A DNA stretch of 64,000 nt, from the NCBI GenBank assembly GCA_963702205.1, contig OY969724.1, positions 3,680,001-3,744,000 of the forward strand, in the 5' to 3' direction. Every line of letters starts with the position of its first letter. Position 1 is the stretch's first letter. A program made the translations under genes and the position numbers. The stretch comes from an uncultured candidate division Zixibacteria bacterium. GTDB taxonomy: Bacteria > Zixibacteria > MSB-5A5 > GN15 > PGXB01. Shown one piece after another: positions 59,950 through 64,000 of this stretch. The notes beneath the pieces are model-generated. The model was not told the DNA's origin, ran no database searches, and saw only the letters and a list, made by a program, of their open reading frames with translations.

Positions 59950-62007
59950 TTATTGGTTTTTAAGCCGCTCCCGAAGCTCATTGAGCGTTCCGGCCGGGGC
60001 TTCACAGACGAAATTGCGGCAAATATACGCCGCCGTCGGGCCCGACGACTCCCTGCCCTCCAGCAGCGGGATATTTTCCGAACCGTTGTCGGATACGACT
60101 ATAACTCTATTGGGATGATAGAATTTAAAAATCTGGTCCATAAAGACTCCTCGGCTTTCCGTTCCGACCACGACAATCTCGACCTGCTCCGAAAACAGCA
60201 TAAATAAAGCCTGCACCGCCGCCACCATAGCGTACGGAAGCTGCTCTATATTTCCGGCCAGCACCCCCAGTGATTTTTCCGCCTGTCGTCTTAATTTCTC
60301 GTTGCCGGTGATGACTGATAGACGAATCAGCCCCTGGATCAAGACCGAGCCGGGTGACGGGATAGCACCATCGTGGACGTCCGACGGCCGCATGAAATGG
60401 TCTTTCTGATCATCGGGAGCCAGATAGAAGCGGCCCGATTCATCGGCAAACTGCCCGACCGCTCTTTCGGCCAGTCTGGATGCTAATTCAATCCAGCCAA
60501 AATCATAAGTTATTTCATACAGGTCGATCAAAGCCGGAATGAGATAGGCATAATCTTCGAGAAATTCCCCATCGGATGTTTTACCATTTCGATATGAATG
60601 CAACAAGCGTTCGTCGCGGTACATTTCTTTCTTGATAAACCGCGCCGCTTTGACAGCCGCCTCACGGTATTTTTCGTTACCGGTGATCTGAAAGCCCCGG
60701 CAAAAACCGGAAATGGTCAGCGCGTTCCACGAAACTAGAATTTTATCGTCGGTACCGGGCCGGACGCGCTCCTGACGCAGGTCGAACAGCACTTTCTTAC
60801 TCTCTTCAATAATAGCGTCAGACCGCTCCGGACCGCCTTCGAAATTTTCACGAGCCTCCTGCGAAAAATGATCTATGTTGAGAATATTGGTGCCGCTCTC
60901 GAAATTTCCGATATCGGAGATATTAAAGTACTTGCAGAATAGATGGGCCTTGTCTCCCAGTTCTTTTTCGATTTCCTGCTTGGTCCAGACGTAGAATTTC
61001 CCCTCCTGCCCCTCGCTGTCAGCATCAAGCGAGGAATAAAATCCGCCGGTTTGATCTGTCATTTCGCGGAGTATGAAATCGAGAGTCTCGGTTGCGACTT
61101 TTCGATAAAGCGTATTTTTCGTCAATTGACAGGCCTCGGCGTACGTGGCCGCCAAAATGGCGTTATCATAGAGCATTTTCTCGAAATGCGGTACCAGCCA
61201 TCGGGCGTCCACGGAATAACGGTGAAACCCGCCTCCGATTTGATCATAAATCCCACCGTACGCCATTTTGGTCAGCGACCGCTCTACAACAGTGAGCGTT
61301 TTCTTGTCACCGGACGTGGCATAGTGTTTTATTAAGAATCCGAATTCCGAGCCGTGCGGGAATTTTGGCTGCGCTCCAAAACCGCCGTTGATCGGGTCGA
61401 AATTATCACAGACATGCCGGACGACGTTCTCGATCTGGTTTTTGTCAAGTCCTGTTCGCGTCTCGCTCGATTCGGCGTTTTGCTCAAGCGCCTCGGTCAC
61501 CTGACCGGCGATCTGATCGACACGCTCCCGCTCATCGCTAAAAGCCTGGATGATTTGTATCAGCACGTTCTTGAATCCCGGCCGACCGTGGCTGTCTTCC
61601 GGAGGGAAATAAGTCCCGGCATAAAACGGCCTTAAATCCGGCGTCAAAAAAACCGACATCGGCCAGCCGCCGGAACCGGTCAAAGCCTGTGTCGCGGTCA
61701 TGTATATCCGGTCCAAGTCGGGCCTTTGTTCCCGGTCCACTTTGATTGCTACAAAATGCTCGTTCAAAATGGCGGCCGTTTCTTCGTCTTCGAACGATTC
61801 ATGCTCCATCACGTGACACCAGTGGCAGGCCGCGTAACCGATAGACAGAAAAATCGGCTTGTCCTCATGGCGCGATTTTTCGAGCGCTTTCTCACCCCAC
61901 GGGTACCAGTTGACCGGATTATGCGCGTGCTGCAGAAGGTACCGCGAGCTTTCTTCGATTAAAGCATTGCTTCGTTTTATGGTATTGGCGGAATGGTCGG
62001 GGTTCAT
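59950..62007 (-). CDS. YyaL/DUF255 thioredoxin-domain glycoside-hydrolase-like protein
   Basis: [55 protein letters not shown]. Confidence 0.92.
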   Translation of the reverse strand: MNPDHSANTIKRSNALIEESSRYLLQHAHNPVNWYPWGEKALEKSRHEDKPIFLSIGYAACHWCHVMEHESFEDEETAAILNEHFVAIKVDREQRPDLDRIYMTATQALTGSGGWPMSVFLTPDLRPFYAGTYFPPEDSHGRPGFKNVLIQIIQAFSDERERVDQIAGQVTEALEQNAESSETRTGLDKNQIENVVRHVCDNFDPINGGFGAQPKFPHGSEFGFLIKHYATSGDKKTLTVVERSLTKMAYGGIYDQIGGGFHRYSVDARWLVPHFEKMLYDNAILAATYAEACQLTKNTLYRKVATETLDFILREMTDQTGGFYSSLDADSEGQEGKFYVWTKQEIEKELGDKAHLFCKYFNISDIGNFESGTNILNIDHFSQEARENFEGGPERSDAIIEESKKVLFDLRQERVRPGTDDKILVSWNALTISGFCRGFQITGNEKYREAAVKAARFIKKEMYRDERLLHSYRNGKTSDGEFLEDYAYLIPALIDLYEITYDFGWIELASRLAERAVGQFADESGRFYLAPDDQKDHFMRPSDVHDGAIPSPGSVLIQGLIRLSVITGNEKLRRQAEKSLGVLAGNIEQLPYAMVAAVQALFMLFSEQVEIVVVGTESRGVFMDQIFKFYHPNRVIVVSDNGSENIPLLEGRESSGPTAAYICRNFVCEAPAGTLNELRERLKNQ

Positions 62008-62205
62008 ATTGTATTCCTCAGAGTTATTAACTCCCCTCGGGAGAATATTTTTCGCGCAAGGGTAGCGGCCATTTGGGCGGCTACAACCTTCGCAACAGGA
62101 TTATAACTCTCAGTGTTCCGCAAGTGCGGTATTAATGAGAAATCAAAACATTCGATTATATGAAATCCAAAACAGACTTATTCGTCAGACGAATGAAGAG
62201 GGGAT

Positions 62206-63633
62206 TTAGCAGGCGCCTTTGGCTTTGATTACAGCAGGGATCGTTTTGATGATAAGTCCGGCATCCCCGGCAAGCGACCAGTTGTCGATATATTCCAGAT
62301 CCTGTCTCATCCAGTCGTCGAAATCGACTTCATTTCGCCCGTTAACCTGCCAGATACAGGTCAGTCCCGGCTTGACCGACAGCTTGCGCCGCTGCCAGGG
62401 CTGGAATTTTTCGACCTCGGACGGAAGCGGCGGGCGCGGCCCCACCAGCGACATATCGCCCTTGAAGACATTGTAAAATTGCGGGAGTTCATCGATAGAA
62501 AGCTTGCGTAGAATTCTGCCCGTTTTCGTGACTCTCGGATCATCTTTTATTTTGAAAACCGGTCCGGACATTTCGTTCAAATGCCTGAATTCGTCTTTCT
62601 TTCGGTCGGCGTCGGCCACCATAGTCCGCAACTTGATCATCTCGAACCGTCGGCCATTTATACCCGACCGCGTCTGCCGGAAAAAAACCGGACCTTTCGA
62701 TTCCAGACGAATCGCAATCGCGGCCAGGGCCAGAATCGGTAACGAGAGAATCATCCCGACCAACGCTCCGACCCGGTCCATTATTTCTTTGGCAAACAGA
62801 CGGTTGCGACAGGCCGGACTGCTCTGATAGAGAAACACCGGGGTCCCGTTCAAAGATGACGTATAGCACCGCGAAATTTTTTGACTGTAAATAAACGGAA
62901 GGATAATCATCCGTGTGCCGGTTGCTTCTATGCGTGCAAATTGCTCCTGACTCTTGACATAGTGCTCGGGCTCGGCGGCCATGATGACATAATCGACATG
63001 ATTTTTTAATATTATCCTTTCGATGTCATTGCCGTCGCCGATCAGCGGTATATCCCGATAGCGCCACAAACCGGTCTTTTGGAAATCAACGAAACCGATT
63101 ATGCGCGTATTCAAATCGGGATGTTTGAGGATAATATCGGCGGCGTTTTTGCCCCGGGCACCGGCGCCGATAATTACGGCGGTACGTTCCGAGGAGTCGG
63201 CCCGGCGAAGGCTCTGCGGCTGGATCAAGAGTTTATTATAAGTTATCCATAAAGAGTACAATCCAATTTGGAGGAGGAAGTTAATAGCCACGAATCCGGC
63301 GATCCCTTCGTTCTCGAAATGCCTCTCGAACAGGAAGGCAAGGGCACAGACGACAACGGCAAACAGCGCTTCCTTTTTAAGAAAAGCCGGGACATTGATT
63401 CGCTGGTAAGAAATCGGTTTTAATTCTGAAGCCGGCAATCGTACCGCCAGGACCAGGCGGATCGCGATGAATATCCCAGCCAGTTCCACCCAGTTAATAT
63501 TGTCGCTGTATTCAAGACTCGCCAAACCGGCCAGAAATACGGAGGTCGTGATCAGGCCAATTTTAATCAGTCTGTAGACGGTATCTTCGATATTTATGCG
63601 CGGAATCTTCAACAGCCCCTTCCCCATAAACAA
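62206..63633 (-). CDS. Polyprenyl-phosphate sugar phosphotransferase (priming glycosyltransferase)
   Basis: Four TMs, IIGAG Rossmann region, KLRTM, DDPRVT, SIDELPQ, MSLVGPRP, KPGLTCIWQV, YIDNWS. Confidence 0.92.
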   Translation of the reverse strand: MFMGKGLLKIPRINIEDTVYRLIKIGLITTSVFLAGLASLEYSDNINWVELAGIFIAIRLVLAVRLPASELKPISYQRINVPAFLKKEALFAVVVCALAFLFERHFENEGIAGFVAINFLLQIGLYSLWITYNKLLIQPQSLRRADSSERTAVIIGAGARGKNAADIILKHPDLNTRIIGFVDFQKTGLWRYRDIPLIGDGNDIERIILKNHVDYVIMAAEPEHYVKSQEQFARIEATGTRMIILPFIYSQKISRCYTSSLNGTPVFLYQSSPACRNRLFAKEIMDRVGALVGMILSLPILALAAIAIRLESKGPVFFRQTRSGINGRRFEMIKLRTMVADADRKKDEFRHLNEMSGPVFKIKDDPRVTKTGRILRKLSIDELPQFYNVFKGDMSLVGPRPPLPSEVEKFQPWQRRKLSVKPGLTCIWQVNGRNEVDFDDWMRQDLEYIDNWSLAGDAGLIIKTIPAVIKAKGAC

Positions 63634-63759
63634 AATGGTTCGAATCCCGACACTTGTTTTAGCCCCGTAAATTTTATCGGTCGAATTGAGGAGGCGACTT
63701 TCATCCTCCTGATTCGTATATGTTGGTTTTTCGTCAACTTCACCGATTTCTTTAAATTT

Positions 63760-63999
63760 TTATTTTCGCTCATTCAGGGATGTATCGAATCCCCTGGCTC
63801 TCAACATTATCCTGGCTTTTGGCTTAAGCCGGGTCCTGGTGGAATTTTGGGGTTCGTTTTCAAAAGCTTCTGTCAGCAAGGTTCCAAAGTCGCCCGATCT
63901 GACCGGAACCATAATGTACTTTTCGAGTTGGTCGTACCGTTCGAGCGATAGAGCGAAAATGTCATTGTTTGTTAATCTCTCAATTATTTCCGTGGGGCT
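63760..63999 (-). CDS. C-terminal fragment of a hypothetical protein running in from the window edge
   Basis: 80 open codons ...SPTEIIERLTNNDIF...DTSLNERK* ending at TAA 63760. Confidence 0.5.
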   Translation of the reverse strand, partial: SPTEIIERLTNNDIFALSLERYDQLEKYIMVPVRSGDFGTLLTEAFENEPQNSTRTRLKPKARIMLRARGFDTSLNERK

Positions 64000-64000
64000 A

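Noticed and set aside
62062..62084. Possible further GTAG palindrome (GTAGCGGCC...GCGGCTAC)
   Set aside because: Single imperfect copy; cannot be supported as a repeat family from this window

Overview
Moderately GC-rich bacterial chromosome segment from a diderm organism. The DUF4159-DUF4175-TPR-DUF2723 block, lolD/lolE and mcsA-mcsB-clpC suggest an FCB-group or Zixibacteria-like lineage (inference only). Most of the window is housekeeping and envelope genes: an NFACT/RqcH-family gene, a two-subunit Fe-S fumarate hydratase, rpmA, clpC, lysS, coaD, rsmD, GT-C glycosyltransferases, a carbamoyltransferase cassette, an AmmeMemo B-A fusion, SPFH/NfeD, threonine synthase, two RRM proteins and a sugar transferase. 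Several features are not visible in the ORF track. (1) A redox operon at about 58070-59849 contains two adjacent, translationally coupled UGA-readthrough (selenoprotein) candidates, each followed by a GC-rich hairpin with the same GGUC loop: an uncalled 63-aa two-TM protein with a STUPLMC motif, and an FmdB-type zinc ribbon ending in UASC. (2) A RAYT transposase is flanked by GTAG-REPs, and several REP/REPIN families are dispersed through the window; one REPIN lies in-frame inside the RqcH coding sequence. (3) The two RRM paralogs share a structured 5' leader. (4) A terminated two-hairpin leader precedes an NYN nuclease gene. Five genes carry net +1 frameshifts that look like assembly errors. 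No rRNA, tRNA or CRISPR array was seen. All family assignments are from motif recognition, not database searches.
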